NCBI GenBank assembly: GCA_904502235.1
Contig: CAJGDP010000006.1
Span: 2,955 to 66,954 of the forward strand
Source: an uncultured Bacteroidaceae bacterium
GTDB lineage: Bacteria; Bacteroidota; Bacteroidia; Bacteroidales; Bacteroidaceae
Reading direction: 5' to 3'
DNA: 64,000 bases
The notes under the pieces were generated by a model. The model had not been told where the DNA came from, ran no database searches, and saw only the letters and a list, made by a program, of their open reading frames with translations. The translations under genes and the position numbers were made by a program. Of the stretch, positions 39,065 to 49,013 are shown piece by piece (the stretch's first letter is position 1; the number at the start of each line of letters is the position of its first letter).

Positions 39065-39607
39065 ATGAAAAAGACTTTTAAATTTTCAGCATTGTTGCTT
39101 TCTGCAGCTATCGTGTTGTCTTCTTGTATCGGTTCTTTCCAGTTGACAAACAAAATTAAGACATGGAACGAGGGTATCGGCAACAAGTGGGTTAACGAAA
39201 TTGTTTTCATTGCATTCCACATTGTTCCTGTATATCAGGTAAGTATCTTTGTTGATGCTGTTGTTTGCAACTCTATCGAGTTCTGGACAGGCAAGAAGGC
39301 TTTGGCTAATGTCGGTGAAAAGAAAATAGTTAAGAATAGCGAGGGTAAGAATGTTGAGATTACTGCAATGGAGAATGGTTACAACCTCACAGACGGTGTT
39401 TCTTCAATGAACTTTATCTTTGACGAGGAGACTCAGATCTGGAGTGCTGAGTACAACAACCAGTCAACAGATCTTATCAAGATTATCGACGATAACAACG
39501 CTCAGTTGTTCTTGATGGATGGCGGTGTTATGGATGTTACTCTTGATGCAGAGGGTATCGACATGGCTCGCATGTATATGAACAACAGCTTTGCTATGAG
39601 CAAGTAA
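39065..39607 (+). CDS. DUF3332-like lipoprotein
   Basis: Starts at the ATG at 39065: MKKTFKFSALLLSAAIVLSSCIGSFQLTNKIKTWNEGIGNKWVNEIVFIAFHIVPVY.... A lipobox is followed by the motif I associate with DUF3332. Confidence 0.6.
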   Translation: MKKTFKFSALLLSAAIVLSSCIGSFQLTNKIKTWNEGIGNKWVNEIVFIAFHIVPVYQVSIFVDAVVCNSIEFWTGKKALANVGEKKIVKNSEGKNVEITAMENGYNLTDGVSSMNFIFDEETQIWSAEYNNQSTDLIKIIDDNNAQLFLMDGGVMDVTLDAEGIDMARMYMNNSFAMSK

Positions 39608-39632
39608 ATAAACTTTAAATGCTTGATATTGA

Positions 39633-39663
39633 CAAGGTCGCCGTTTTTTCGGCGACCTTGTTG
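39633..39663 (+). terminator. Rho-independent terminator
   Basis: caaggtcgccg (39633-39643) pairs with cggcgaccttg (39650-39660), loop T6, then ttg. Confidence 0.7.
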
Positions 39664-39683
39664 CATTTATATATTATAATAAG

Positions 39684-39691
39684 TATCTTCG
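39684..39691 (+). promoter_or_regulatory. -7 promoter box
   Basis: tatcttcg, 17 nt upstream of the ATG at 39708. Confidence 0.5.
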
Positions 39692-39707
39692 CACCAAAGA
39701 AACGGTT

Positions 39708-40796
39708 ATGGAACATCCCGAAAACAGTACGGAATATAAGGGCTTGAAGGTAAACGAGGGAGTGGAATCACTCGGCTCGGTGAATCCTTACCTAGGGCAG
39801 ATGCGCAAACGGCGTGCATCGCTTTTGTCGGTGGATGAGTATGTGGATGGCATACGTCGTGGTGATGTTACGGTTCTTAGTCGTGCCGTTACTCTTGTGG
39901 AGAGTGTTCTTCCCGAGCATCAGGCTATAGCGCAGCAGGTTATAGAGCGTTGTCTGCCTTATTCGGGAAATTCGGTGCGTGTGGGAATAACCGGTGTTCC
40001 GGGTGCGGGAAAAAGTACTTCCATTGATGCTTTCGGAATGCATGTCCTGTCGCAAGTGGGTGGAAAACTTGCTGTTCTGGCGGTAGACCCAAGCAGTGAA
40101 AGGAGCAAGGGAAGTATCTTGGGTGACAAGACCCGTATGGAGCGTCTGGCTCTTCATCCGCGTGCTTTTATCCGTCCGAGCGCGTCGTCGGGTTCTCTTG
40201 GCGGTGTAGCGCGTAAGACCCGTGAGACAATAATACTTTGTGAGGCTGCCGGATACGATACTATATTTGTGGAGACTGTGGGTGTGGGGCAGAGTGAGAC
40301 TGCTGTCTGCTCTATGGTGGATTTCTTTCTGCTGATACAGATTGCCGGTGCCGGCGATGAACTTCAGGGTATAAAGCGCGGTATTATGGAGATGGCTGAC
40401 GGCATTGTAATCAACAAGGCTGACGGGGATAATATAGAGGCTGCGCGACGTGCGGCTGTGCACTATCGCAATGCTTTGCAACTGTTCCCGATGCCGGTGA
40501 GCGGCATACGCCCGTCGGTGCTTACATACTCGGGCTTTTTTGATATAGGTGTCAAAGAGGTGTGGGAGATGATTTCGGCATACATTGCCGAGGTCAAGAA
40601 AAACGGTGCTTTTGAATTACGTCGAAACCAACAGCAGAAGTATTGGCTTTATGAGAGTCTTGAAGAGCAGATAAAGCAACGTTTCTATAATGTACCCGGT
40701 ATGGAGGAACTTTTGCGCAGATACGAAGAACTTCTGCTTGAGGGAAAAATAACATCATTTGCGGCGGCAAGTAAGATACTTGAGTATAATCCATAA
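39708..40796 (+). CDS. meaB: Methylmalonyl-CoA mutase-associated GTPase MeaB/ArgK
   Basis: GITGVPGAGKST (P-loop), VETVGVGQSE, and VINKADGDN (NKxD). Confidence 0.9.
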   Translation: MEHPENSTEYKGLKVNEGVESLGSVNPYLGQMRKRRASLLSVDEYVDGIRRGDVTVLSRAVTLVESVLPEHQAIAQQVIERCLPYSGNSVRVGITGVPGAGKSTSIDAFGMHVLSQVGGKLAVLAVDPSSERSKGSILGDKTRMERLALHPRAFIRPSASSGSLGGVARKTRETIILCEAAGYDTIFVETVGVGQSETAVCSMVDFFLLIQIAGAGDELQGIKRGIMEMADGIVINKADGDNIEAARRAAVHYRNALQLFPMPVSGIRPSVLTYSGFFDIGVKEVWEMISAYIAEVKKNGAFELRRNQQQKYWLYESLEEQIKQRFYNVPGMEELLRRYEELLLEGKITSFAAASKILEYNP

Positions 40797-40822
40797 AAAA
40801 ACAGCCCTGAGGCTGTTTTTTA
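40795..40822. terminator. Bidirectional terminator between meaB and pfkA
   Basis: A-run, then acagcc (40801-40806) pairing with ggctgt (40811-40816), then T-run. Confidence 0.65.
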
Positions 40823-41809
40823 TTATGAAGCAAGAATCTCCTGCGCACGAACTGTGTCCTTGTCGATAGGTTTGTCGTCCTTTATTGCCTTTGTGAAAGG
40901 AATGTATACAATCTCGTTGTTTCTTAATCCTACCATGATGTTGCGCTGACCTTCGAGCAAAGCGTCGATTGCCGCAACACCCAGACGGCTTGCAAGGATG
41001 CGGTCGTTTGCTGTGGGGCTTCCGCCACGCTGCAGGTATCCAAGAATTGATACGCGTACGTCGAGCTCGGGGAAGCGCTGGCGCATGCCTTCGGCAACTT
41101 CCATGATGTTGTAGTCTTTTTCGCGACCTTCGGCAAACAGCACGATACTGCTGCTCTTTGTTCGGCGCAGACCGTTGGCGATGAACTGGTTGATTTTCTC
41201 GAACTCGGGGTCGATTTCGGGAAGTACGCATGCCTCTGCACCGGTTGCTATTGTACCGTTGAGTGCAAGGAAACCTGCGTCGCGTCCCATAACCTCAACA
41301 ATGAACAGACGCTCGTGCGATGATGCTGTGTCGCGGATTTTATCCACGCACTCCATGATTGTGTTGAGCGCAGTATCGTAACCGATGGTTGTATCTGTTC
41401 CGTAAAGGTCGTTGTCGATTGTGCCGGGGAGTGCGATACATGGAATGTCGTGCTCGCGTGCCAGATTGTATGCACCGGTGATTGTGCCGTCTCCGCCTAT
41501 TACAACCAAAGCGTCAATACCCTCTCTCTGTAGTGTCTCAAATGCTTTTGCGCGACCTTCTTCGGTCTTGAACTCATCACAACGGCTGGTCTTGAGGATT
41601 GTACCGCCTCGCTGGATGATGTTACTTACGTTTTCGGTCTTGAACTCCTTGATTTCGCCTGTTATCAAGCCTTTGTAACCACGATAGATAGCCTTTACTG
41701 TTATTCCGTGGTAGATACATGCACGTGTCACGGCACGTATAGCAGCATTCATACCGGGAGCATCGCCACCCGATGTGAGTATTCCTATACAACGAATCTT
41801 GTTTTTCAT
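40823..41809 (-). CDS. pfkA: ATP-dependent 6-phosphofructokinase
   Basis: [36 protein letters not shown]. Confidence 0.95.
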   Translation of the reverse strand: MKNKIRCIGILTSGGDAPGMNAAIRAVTRACIYHGITVKAIYRGYKGLITGEIKEFKTENVSNIIQRGGTILKTSRCDEFKTEEGRAKAFETLQREGIDALVVIGGDGTITGAYNLAREHDIPCIALPGTIDNDLYGTDTTIGYDTALNTIMECVDKIRDTASSHERLFIVEVMGRDAGFLALNGTIATGAEACVLPEIDPEFEKINQFIANGLRRTKSSSIVLFAEGREKDYNIMEVAEGMRQRFPELDVRVSILGYLQRGGSPTANDRILASRLGVAAIDALLEGQRNIMVGLRNNEIVYIPFTKAIKDDKPIDKDTVRAQEILAS

Positions 41810-42684
41810 GTTGTTTTGTTATTATGGTAATTTATAATTGCTTTCTTGCAGTTCTCCATAAGCCATTTGGGAGTTGATGTCGCTCCGCATATGCCTATGG
41901 TTTCAATCTCTTTAGTCAATTCAAAATCAATATCCTCGGGACCTTCAATCTGATGTACATTGCTGTTTACCTTCTTGCACTCGTTGAAGAGAATCTTGCC
42001 GTTGGAACTTTTCTTTCCGCATACAAAGAAAATCAGTTGATGTGATTTCGCGAATTCTCCGATGCTGTTCATACGGTTTGCCACCTGTCCGCAGACGGTG
42101 TTGAACGATTTGCATTCTTTGTCGTCGTTAACCCGTTCCTTTATTGCATCTACAATCTCTCTGTAGCCTTCGAGCGATTTTGTGGTCTGTGAATATATAT
42201 ATGTATCCTTGTCCTCAGCTATGCGGTCGAGCTGTGCCGGCGTTTCCACAACAATGGCTTCGCCGTGTGTCTGTCCCACAAGTCCAAGAACTTCGGCATG
42301 ACCGGCCTGACCATGTATTATTATCTGTCTTTCCTTGCCTGCCGTCTCCTGCCACATGTTCTTTATGCGTTGTTGCAGTTTAAGTACAACGGGGCATGTG
42401 GCATCAATGAGTTCGAGATTGTTCTTTCTGGCTGTTTCGTATGTCTGTGGCGGTTCACCGTGTGCCCGCAGAAGAACTTTTGCGTTATGCAGTTTACCGA
42501 ATGCCTCATGGTTTATGGTTACAAGCCCCATGCGCTTCAGACGGTCACATTCGATACTGTTGTGTACAATATCGCCAAGACAGTACAAAGTGCCGCCTTT
42601 CTGCAATTCCTCTTCGGCTTTCTTTATGGCTGTTGTTACACCGAAACAGAATCCTGAATATTCATCAATCTCAATGCTCAGCAT
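41806..42684 (-). CDS. ispH: 4-hydroxy-3-methylbut-2-enyl diphosphate reductase
   Basis: [17 protein letters not shown], and conserved Cys positions. ATGA overlap with pfkA. Confidence 0.92.
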   Translation of the reverse strand: MLSIEIDEYSGFCFGVTTAIKKAEEELQKGGTLYCLGDIVHNSIECDRLKRMGLVTINHEAFGKLHNAKVLLRAHGEPPQTYETARKNNLELIDATCPVVLKLQQRIKNMWQETAGKERQIIIHGQAGHAEVLGLVGQTHGEAIVVETPAQLDRIAEDKDTYIYSQTTKSLEGYREIVDAIKERVNDDKECKSFNTVCGQVANRMNSIGEFAKSHQLIFFVCGKKSSNGKILFNECKKVNSNVHQIEGPEDIDFELTKEIETIGICGATSTPKWLMENCKKAIINYHNNKTT

Positions 42685-43370
42685 TATTTTGTGAGTTTAT
42701 TGAATTCGTCAATCAGCCAGTTCATCTGCTCCTCGCGTGTGAGGTTGCTGTTGTCGAGCAACAGGGCATCATCGGCTTTCTTCAAGGGGCTGACTTCGCG
42801 TGTCTGGTCCAGATGGTCGCGCTGGAGCACATTCTCGAGAATCTCGTTGAAGTCGGCTTTGTCGCCTCGTGCAGTGAGTTCGTCATATCTGCGTTGTGCG
42901 CGCACTTCTGCCGATGCTGTAACAAATACCTTCATCTCAGCATTCGGGAAGACGGTTGTGCCTATATCGCGGCCGTCCATTACGATACCTTTGGTATTGC
43001 CCATTTCGCGTTGGCGGTTAACCATCTCTTCGCGTACGAAATCGAGCTTTGCCACCTGGCTTACAAGACGCGAAACTTCCAATGAACGTATTTCGTGTTC
43101 CACGTTTGTACCGTTCAGGAAGGTAATGGAGTTCTTTGTCTCGGGGTCAACCTCAAAGGAGATGTGTATGTTTTTTATTTCGGCGCGGAGTGATTCCGTG
43201 TCTATGGTTTCGCCCTGGATAAGGTTGTTCTGCATGCAGTAGAGTGCTGTTGCACGATACATTGCACCGCTGTCGAAATAGAGATAGCCTATCTGTCGTG
43301 CCAACGCTTTTGCCATGGTGCTTTTACCGCATGACGAGAATCCATCTATGGCGATTATTATTTTTTTCAT
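42684..43370 (-). CDS. cmk: Cytidylate kinase
   Basis: I take the ATG at 43370: MKKIIIAIDGFSSCGKSTMAKALA (P-loop). The track start at 43430 would overlap the end of porQ. Confidence 0.9.
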   Translation of the reverse strand: MKKIIIAIDGFSSCGKSTMAKALARQIGYLYFDSGAMYRATALYCMQNNLIQGETIDTESLRAEIKNIHISFEVDPETKNSITFLNGTNVEHEIRSLEVSRLVSQVAKLDFVREEMVNRQREMGNTKGIVMDGRDIGTTVFPNAEMKVFVTASAEVRAQRRYDELTARGDKADFNEILENVLQRDHLDQTREVSPLKKADDALLLDNSNLTREEQMNWLIDEFNKLTK

Positions 43371-43426
43371 ACGAATATTGCTTGTTTCCGATATTTTCCG
43401 TGAAGGTAGTAAAAAATCTTTCATTT

Positions 43427-44404
43427 TCAAAGCGAATATGAAAGATTGAACAACAATGAGTGCGATGCTGTGTGCAACTGGCTGTAGGATGCGTTGAATT
43501 TTACCTTGTTCAGATGAAGACCGGCACCTATGCTGAAACCGTCGAGCCCCTTGCCGCTTGCCGAAAGTTCACGGCTCGCACGATAGTTGTATCCCAATGA
43601 AATATCAAAATTCTTGCCTATGAGAATGTCTGCTCCTATTATAAAATGTTTCAGCAAAAGCTCACCGAAGCTGTCTTTGCTTCCGTCGGCATTGTAGAAG
43701 TGGCTCTTGTCCCAACGGTGCATGTTGTTCAGGAGTGCAGATATGCGTATCGGGGCGTGCCTGAATCCTTTTGTTATACCCAGTTGAAAGTCCATGGGCA
43801 TTGTTTCGAGTTCCTCTTCGAAAGCCTTTACCTGTCCGCCAAGATTCTTGCATGCCAGTGAGAGCGACAGGTTTCTGTCAGCGTCGTAATAGTTGATTCC
43901 AAGGTCCACACCAAGCCCTAGTGCATACATGGTCTCGTATTTGGAATATATGAGTTTTCCTGATACACCGCCGCTCCAACGCTCTCCAAGCAGGTAGCAG
44001 TATGTGAATGTAAGGTCCATGTCCTTAGCCGAGAATGTTCCTGTGTAGATGTTGTCTTCGGTATATCCGTCGAATTTTCCATAATCCACATATCGTGCGA
44101 ACACGGCAAAAGAGGAGCGTTCGCCGAATGTCTTGCCGTATGCGGCTCCGCCCACATTGCAGTCGCCCATATACGACATATAGGAGATGTTCATTGTGTT
44201 GTCACTTACATTCGCGAGAAGGGCAGGATTGTGCATGGTAAGCGTGATATCGTCCTTTATGAGCGATATGTTGTCTCCGCCAAGTGCCGCCGCGTGCGAA
44301 GAGTAGGGCAGGCGCAGAAAACCGAATGCATATTCACCGCTCTGTGCCGATGCTGCAAGCGGCAAAATGAGCAATATATAATAAATAATGTGTTTTAATT
44401 TCAC
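43427..44404 (-). CDS. porQ: Type IX secretion system outer-membrane protein PorQ
   Basis: FGFLRLPYSSHAAALGGDNISLIKDDITLTMHNPALLANV is a PorQ-like N-terminus. A GTG at 44404 gives the signal peptide (V)KLKHIIYYILLILPLAASAQ. A -7 box lies inside the longer TTG-initiated ORF. Confidence 0.7.
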   Translation of the reverse strand: MKLKHIIYYILLILPLAASAQSGEYAFGFLRLPYSSHAAALGGDNISLIKDDITLTMHNPALLANVSDNTMNISYMSYMGDCNVGGAAYGKTFGERSSFAVFARYVDYGKFDGYTEDNIYTGTFSAKDMDLTFTYCYLLGERWSGGVSGKLIYSKYETMYALGLGVDLGINYYDADRNLSLSLACKNLGGQVKAFEEELETMPMDFQLGITKGFRHAPIRISALLNNMHRWDKSHFYNADGSKDSFGELLLKHFIIGADILIGKNFDISLGYNYRASRELSASGKGLDGFSIGAGLHLNKVKFNASYSQLHTASHSLLFNLSYSL

Positions 44405-44455
44405 TTTACGGATATTTTGTATAGTTTTGCAACAGGGTTTCACCGAATTGCCTTG

Positions 44456-44463
44456 CGAAGATA
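44456..44463 (-). promoter_or_regulatory. -7 promoter box for porQ
   Basis: The minus strand reads tatcttcg, about 52 nt upstream of the GTG at 44404. Confidence 0.45.
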
Positions 44464-44621
44464 ATGCTTTTCTTTTATTATTCGCCAAGCAAATACCATA
44501 ACCCGTGAATATTTATTATTCAATAACGCGAAAAATGCAATTTTATGTTGTTGTTTGAAATAATTTTAAACAATTTGTGAAAAAAGATTGCATTTCATCG
44601 TGCGTATTGAAAAATATTGTT

Positions 44622-44629
44622 TATTTTTG
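44622..44629 (+). promoter_or_regulatory. -7 promoter box for tonB
   Basis: tatttttg (exact), 31 nt upstream of the ATG at 44660. Confidence 0.5.
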
Positions 44630-44659
44630 CCCGTTGGAAAATATATACAATTTTACGAT

Positions 44660-45409
44660 ATGAATACAGAGAAAAATCAGCAAGTTAAGGACGGTGCAAA
44701 CCGTAAATTGGAACTTGAGGTTAAGAAAAGTGCCAAAGTAAACTTGGAACAGCACACTTCTACATGGCTCTTGATGGGTTTTGTGATTGTTTTTGCTGTT
44801 ACATTTGCGGTAATTGAGTGGACAACATTCGAAAAGGCGGAAAAGAAAGAGAAGAAAGCACAGCAGCAGGCTCTTGATATTCCTATTGATATTTTGGTGC
44901 CTTTCACAATTCCTGAGAAGAAGGTGGTTCCTCCTCCTCCCGAGGCAAAGAAGATCGTTGATATCATCGAGATTGTAGAGGACGAGGCAGAAATCGAGGA
45001 GAGTGACCTTGTTTCTATCGAGGAAATGGGTGATGTTGTCGAGATTTCAGACAATGCCAACATTGTGGTAGAGGAAGTTATTGAAGAGGAGCAGGTGTTC
45101 CAGGTTGTAGAACAGCAGCCTGAGTTCCCCGGTGGTATGAAAGCTCTTATGAAATATCTTCAGGACAATATCAGCTATCCAAGAATTTCACGCGACAACA
45201 ACTCACAGGGTCGTTCATTCATCCGTTTCGTCGTTAACTCCGACGGTTCAATCGAAGGCGTTGAGGTGTTGAAGAGTTCAGGTGATATCTATCTCGACAA
45301 AGAAGCTATGCGTGTGGTTAGCGGTATGCCAAAATGGTCTCCCGGTAAACAGGCCGGTAAACCGGTACGCGTATTCTTCACCTTGCCGGTAGTATTCCGC
45401 TTGCAGTAA
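44660..45409 (+). CDS. tonB: Energy transducer TonB
   Basis: N-terminal TM anchor, a Glu/Pro/Lys-rich linker, and the C-terminal domain EQQPEFPGGMKALMKYLQDNISYP...GKPVRVFFTLPVVFRL. Confidence 0.85.
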   Translation: MNTEKNQQVKDGANRKLELEVKKSAKVNLEQHTSTWLLMGFVIVFAVTFAVIEWTTFEKAEKKEKKAQQQALDIPIDILVPFTIPEKKVVPPPPEAKKIVDIIEIVEDEAEIEESDLVSIEEMGDVVEISDNANIVVEEVIEEEQVFQVVEQQPEFPGGMKALMKYLQDNISYPRISRDNNSQGRSFIRFVVNSDGSIEGVEVLKSSGDIYLDKEAMRVVSGMPKWSPGKQAGKPVRVFFTLPVVFRLQ

Positions 45410-45426
45410 GAAATAAGATACAATAG

Positions 45427-45455
45427 AAAGAGGCTGCGATGCAGCCTCTTTTTTT
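45427..45455 (+). terminator. Rho-independent terminator
   Basis: aaagaggctgc pairs with gcagcctcttt (45427-45451), loop gat, running into T7. Confidence 0.8.
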
Positions 45456-45468
45456 AATACAATAAGAG

Positions 45469-46449
45469 ATGACTATGTATACTTGGGAAGAATTGAGGGA
45501 TAAAGTAAATCTTTTCATAGACGAGTTGAAATTTGAGCGTGAACCGTTGGAACTGTATGCTCCAATCAGATACACTTTGGCACAGAGTGGCAAGCGTGTG
45601 CGTCCGGTGCTGTTCCTTATGGCTTACAATATGTATAAGGAATGTGTTCAGGATGCTTTGTATCCGGCAGTGGCTATGGAGACATACCACAACTACACTC
45701 TTATACACGACGATGTGATGGACCGTGCCGATATACGCCGTGGCAAACCTACCGTTTGTGCCAAGTGGGGCGATATACCTGCAATCCTTTCGGGTGATAC
45801 AATGCTTGTTCTTGCATACGAGTTTCTTGCTCATGTGCCTGCCGACAAATTGCCCGGCATGCTGGCTCTTTTCACCGAGACCGCAAAGCAGATTGGCGAT
45901 GGTCAGCAGTACGATATTGAGTTCGAGACACGCGACAATGTAGCCGAAGAGGAGTATATCGAGATGATACGTCTCAAGACATCTGTGCTTCTTGCTGCAT
46001 CGTTGAAGATGGGCGGTATGCTTGCAGGTGCAAGTGAATCGGACCTTGAGAATCTCTATGAGTATGGCGAGAAGATGGGCTTGGCATTCCAGTTGCAGGA
46101 CGACCTGCTCGATGTGTATGCCGACCAGTCTCTGTTCGGAAAAAAGATCGGCGGTGATATCTGTTGCAACAAAAAGACATTCCTTCTTATAACAGCATTG
46201 AATGTTGCTTCACCCGAGCAGTTTGCCCAAATGAAGGAGTGGATTGATAAAAAGGAGTTCGATGAGCAGGAAAAGATAGCCTTTTTTACCGATATGTACA
46301 ACAGACTCGGTGTAAGAGAGATCTGCGAAAAACGTATTGAAGAACTCTTTGCCATGTGCGATGCCTATATCGACCGCATATCGGTTCCCGAGGATAAAAA
46401 GGCAAACCTGAAGACTTTTGCCAACTCTCTGTTGAACCGCAAACTCTGA
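45469..46449 (+). CDS. Polyprenyl diphosphate synthase (trans-IPPS)
   Basis: First DDxxD motif LIHDDVMDRADIRRG and second motif FQLQDDLLD. Confidence 0.9.
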   Translation: MTMYTWEELRDKVNLFIDELKFEREPLELYAPIRYTLAQSGKRVRPVLFLMAYNMYKECVQDALYPAVAMETYHNYTLIHDDVMDRADIRRGKPTVCAKWGDIPAILSGDTMLVLAYEFLAHVPADKLPGMLALFTETAKQIGDGQQYDIEFETRDNVAEEEYIEMIRLKTSVLLAASLKMGGMLAGASESDLENLYEYGEKMGLAFQLQDDLLDVYADQSLFGKKIGGDICCNKKTFLLITALNVASPEQFAQMKEWIDKKEFDEQEKIAFFTDMYNRLGVREICEKRIEELFAMCDAYIDRISVPEDKKANLKTFANSLLNRKL

Positions 46450-46453
46450 TTCT

Positions 46454-47164
46454 ATGCCTTATCGCCGATTGCCCAAGACCGACCAGGCTCGTATACGTGC
46501 ATTAAGGGCTGCCGTTGAAAGCAGTACACAGAATGGCGTGTTTACCAATGTACTCTCTCATAATACATATCACCGTGCAAAGGATTTCCTTGAGCGTTTT
46601 TCGCGAGAGGTGGCTGTGTACAGACGATGCGTAAGCGAACAGTCGTCGAAAAGGGGCAACAAGGAGTACGAGGCAGCCTTGAAGAAGGCGCGAATGTATG
46701 TGTCCCATTTCATTCAGGTGCTCAGCATGTCCATAATGCGTGGGGAGATTGCACGTAACAAACGTCCATATTACGGTTTGCCCCAGGATGAGGATTCCGT
46801 CCCCAATCTGTTCTCTGAAGCATCGGTTCTAGAATGGGGTGTAAAGGTTATTGAAGGCGAGCGTCGTCGTCAGAGCGAGGGTGGAGTACCCATATATAAT
46901 CCCACAATGGGACGTGTGTCGGTTGTTTTTGAGATATTCAGGGGAATGTACGAAAGACAGCACACACTTCAGCAACGCACCAACGAGGCCCTGCGTAATA
47001 TATCGGATATGCGTTTCGAAGCCGACGAGATAATATTCGAGGCTTGGGGCGAGATAGAAAAGGCTTTCGCCGTTTTTCAGGGCGAGGAGCGTATCAGGAA
47101 ATGCGCTTCGTACGGAGTGATATATTACGACCGCCCCGACCGTAAAAAAGATAAGAATGATTGA
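46454..47164 (+). CDS. Hypothetical basic helical protein (unknown function)
   Basis: 236 aa. It is translationally coupled on both sides (4-nt gap upstream, 8-nt overlap downstream). I recognise no motif. Confidence 0.55.
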   Translation: MPYRRLPKTDQARIRALRAAVESSTQNGVFTNVLSHNTYHRAKDFLERFSREVAVYRRCVSEQSSKRGNKEYEAALKKARMYVSHFIQVLSMSIMRGEIARNKRPYYGLPQDEDSVPNLFSEASVLEWGVKVIEGERRRQSEGGVPIYNPTMGRVSVVFEIFRGMYERQHTLQQRTNEALRNISDMRFEADEIIFEAWGEIEKAFAVFQGEERIRKCASYGVIYYDRPDRKKDKND

Positions 47165-47942
47165 ATTCGTTGATACACATACGCACCTTTTTGTAACAGA
47201 ATTTGACGAAGACAGAAGAGATGCCGTACAGCGTGCTTTGGATGCCGGTGTAACAAAACTCTGCTTGCCCTCCATAACTCTGGAGTCGGTTCCTGCAATC
47301 AATGCAATGTGTGAGGAGTTTCCCGGAGTCTGTTATCCAATGCTTGGCTTGCATCCGACAGAGTTGGGTGATAATTACAAGGCTACACTCGATACCATGT
47401 ATTCGCTTTTGAAAAACGACGGACGCTATATCGCGGTCGGAGAGGTGGGGCTTGATTTCTATTGGGATGACACTCGCAAGAAGGAGCAATTCGATGCGTT
47501 CGATACGCAGATTGCATGGGCTGCAGAACTGGGCTTGCCTTTGGCAATCCATTCGCGTAGCGCATTCAATGAGTTGTATGATATGATGGAAGCTCATAGG
47601 AGCAAAGGGCTTACTGGAGTGTTCCATTGTTTTTCGGGCAGTGAAGAAGAGGCACGCAAACTTCTTTCGTTCGACGGTTTTTATCTGGGTATCGGCGGTG
47701 TGGCAACATACAAGAAGTCTACATTGCCCTCTGTGTTGAAGAATGTACCCCTCGAAAGAATAGTGCTTGAAACCGATTCGCCTTATCTGCCTCCGGTTCC
47801 TTTCAGAGGAAAACGCAACGATAGTTCTTACGTACCATACATAGCAGAGTTCTTGGCAGGGGTGTATGGCTGCACCGTTCACGATGTGGCACGCATAACA
47901 ACGTCCAATGCCAATAATCTGTTCCCTAAATTGTGTAAATGA
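47157..47942 (+). CDS. TatD-family metal-dependent hydrolase
   Basis: FVDTHTHLF, GEVGLDFYW, LETDSPYLPP. Confidence 0.9.
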   Translation: MIEFVDTHTHLFVTEFDEDRRDAVQRALDAGVTKLCLPSITLESVPAINAMCEEFPGVCYPMLGLHPTELGDNYKATLDTMYSLLKNDGRYIAVGEVGLDFYWDDTRKKEQFDAFDTQIAWAAELGLPLAIHSRSAFNELYDMMEAHRSKGLTGVFHCFSGSEEEARKLLSFDGFYLGIGGVATYKKSTLPSVLKNVPLERIVLETDSPYLPPVPFRGKRNDSSYVPYIAEFLAGVYGCTVHDVARITTSNANNLFPKLCK

Positions 47943-49009
47943 TGGAATTTGAGAAAATAGATATTTTCAGTGATGGCAAACGCCCCGTGCTTATTGCCGG
48001 TCCTTGCAGTGCCGAGAGCGAAGAGCAGGTCTTGGCTGTGGCATCGGCACTTGTGGACAAGGGCGTAACGCTTTTCCGCACAGGAGTGTGGAAACCGCGT
48101 ACACGTCCCGGTTGTTTCGAGGGAGTGGGGCAGGAGGCTCTGCAATGGTTGCAGCTTGTAAAGAGTGAATACGGAATGCCGGTATCAACAGAGGTGGCAA
48201 CGGCAGTCCATGTGGAGCAGGCTCTTGCTGCAGGTATCGATGTGCTGTGGATTGGCGCGCGTACAACAGCCAATCCGTTTGCGGTGCAGGAGATTGCCGA
48301 TGCTCTGCGTGGCGTGGATATTCCTGTGCTTATAAAGAATCCCGTAAATCCCGATGTGGATTTGTGGATAGGAGCGTTCGAACGTCTTAATAATGCCGGT
48401 GTAAAGCGTCTTGGTGCAATACATCGTGGCTTTTCGGCATACGGAGAGAAGTTCTATCGTAATGCCCCACAGTGGCAGCTGCCCATTGAATTCCGTCGTC
48501 GCATGGGAACTGTTCCCATGATTTGCGACCCAAGCCACATCGGTGGAAAACGCGAACTCGTGCTCTCGTTGTCGCAACAGGCACTGGACTTGAATTTCGA
48601 TGGTCTTATGATTGAGACACACTGCAATCCTGTTTGTGCCTTGAGTGATGCCCGACAGCAGGTAACCCCTGAGGAACTTGCACTTATTCTGGCACGTCTG
48701 GTGCATCGCTCTTCGGAGAGCGTGGATGCCGATTTCATGTCGTATCGCAGCCGTTTGGACGAGATTGATGACAAACTTATGGAACTGCTTGTGAAACGCA
48801 TGGCTATTTCCCGCGAGATAGGTGCTGTAAAACGCGACAAGGGGCTTACCGTGTTCCAACCGTTCAGATACAACGAAACAATTGAACGCTACACCAGATA
48901 TTGTGCAGAAAGCAAGATAGACATCGAGGCAGTAAAAAGCATCTTTGAGGCAGTCCATACCGAGAGTATCCGTCAGCAGCTGCATATTGTCAACGATACA
49001 GAAAAATAA
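47939..49009 (+). CDS. Bifunctional 3-deoxy-7-phosphoheptulonate synthase / chorismate mutase
   Basis: Type I-beta DAHPS core (PVLIAGPCSAESEEQ, KPRTRPG, CDPSH) plus a C-terminal chorismate-mutase helix (LDEIDDKLMELLVKRMAISREIGAVK). Confidence 0.9.
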   Translation: MMEFEKIDIFSDGKRPVLIAGPCSAESEEQVLAVASALVDKGVTLFRTGVWKPRTRPGCFEGVGQEALQWLQLVKSEYGMPVSTEVATAVHVEQALAAGIDVLWIGARTTANPFAVQEIADALRGVDIPVLIKNPVNPDVDLWIGAFERLNNAGVKRLGAIHRGFSAYGEKFYRNAPQWQLPIEFRRRMGTVPMICDPSHIGGKRELVLSLSQQALDLNFDGLMIETHCNPVCALSDARQQVTPEELALILARLVHRSSESVDADFMSYRSRLDEIDDKLMELLVKRMAISREIGAVKRDKGLTVFQPFRYNETIERYTRYCAESKIDIEAVKSIFEAVHTESIRQQLHIVNDTEK

Positions 49010-49013
49010 CCGT

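Noticed and set aside
39708-40796. meaB without adjacent methylmalonyl-CoA mutase genes, as a possible orphan
   Set aside because: The mutase subunits are commonly encoded elsewhere in Bacteroidales genomes. One window cannot show absence, so this is not noteworthy by itself.
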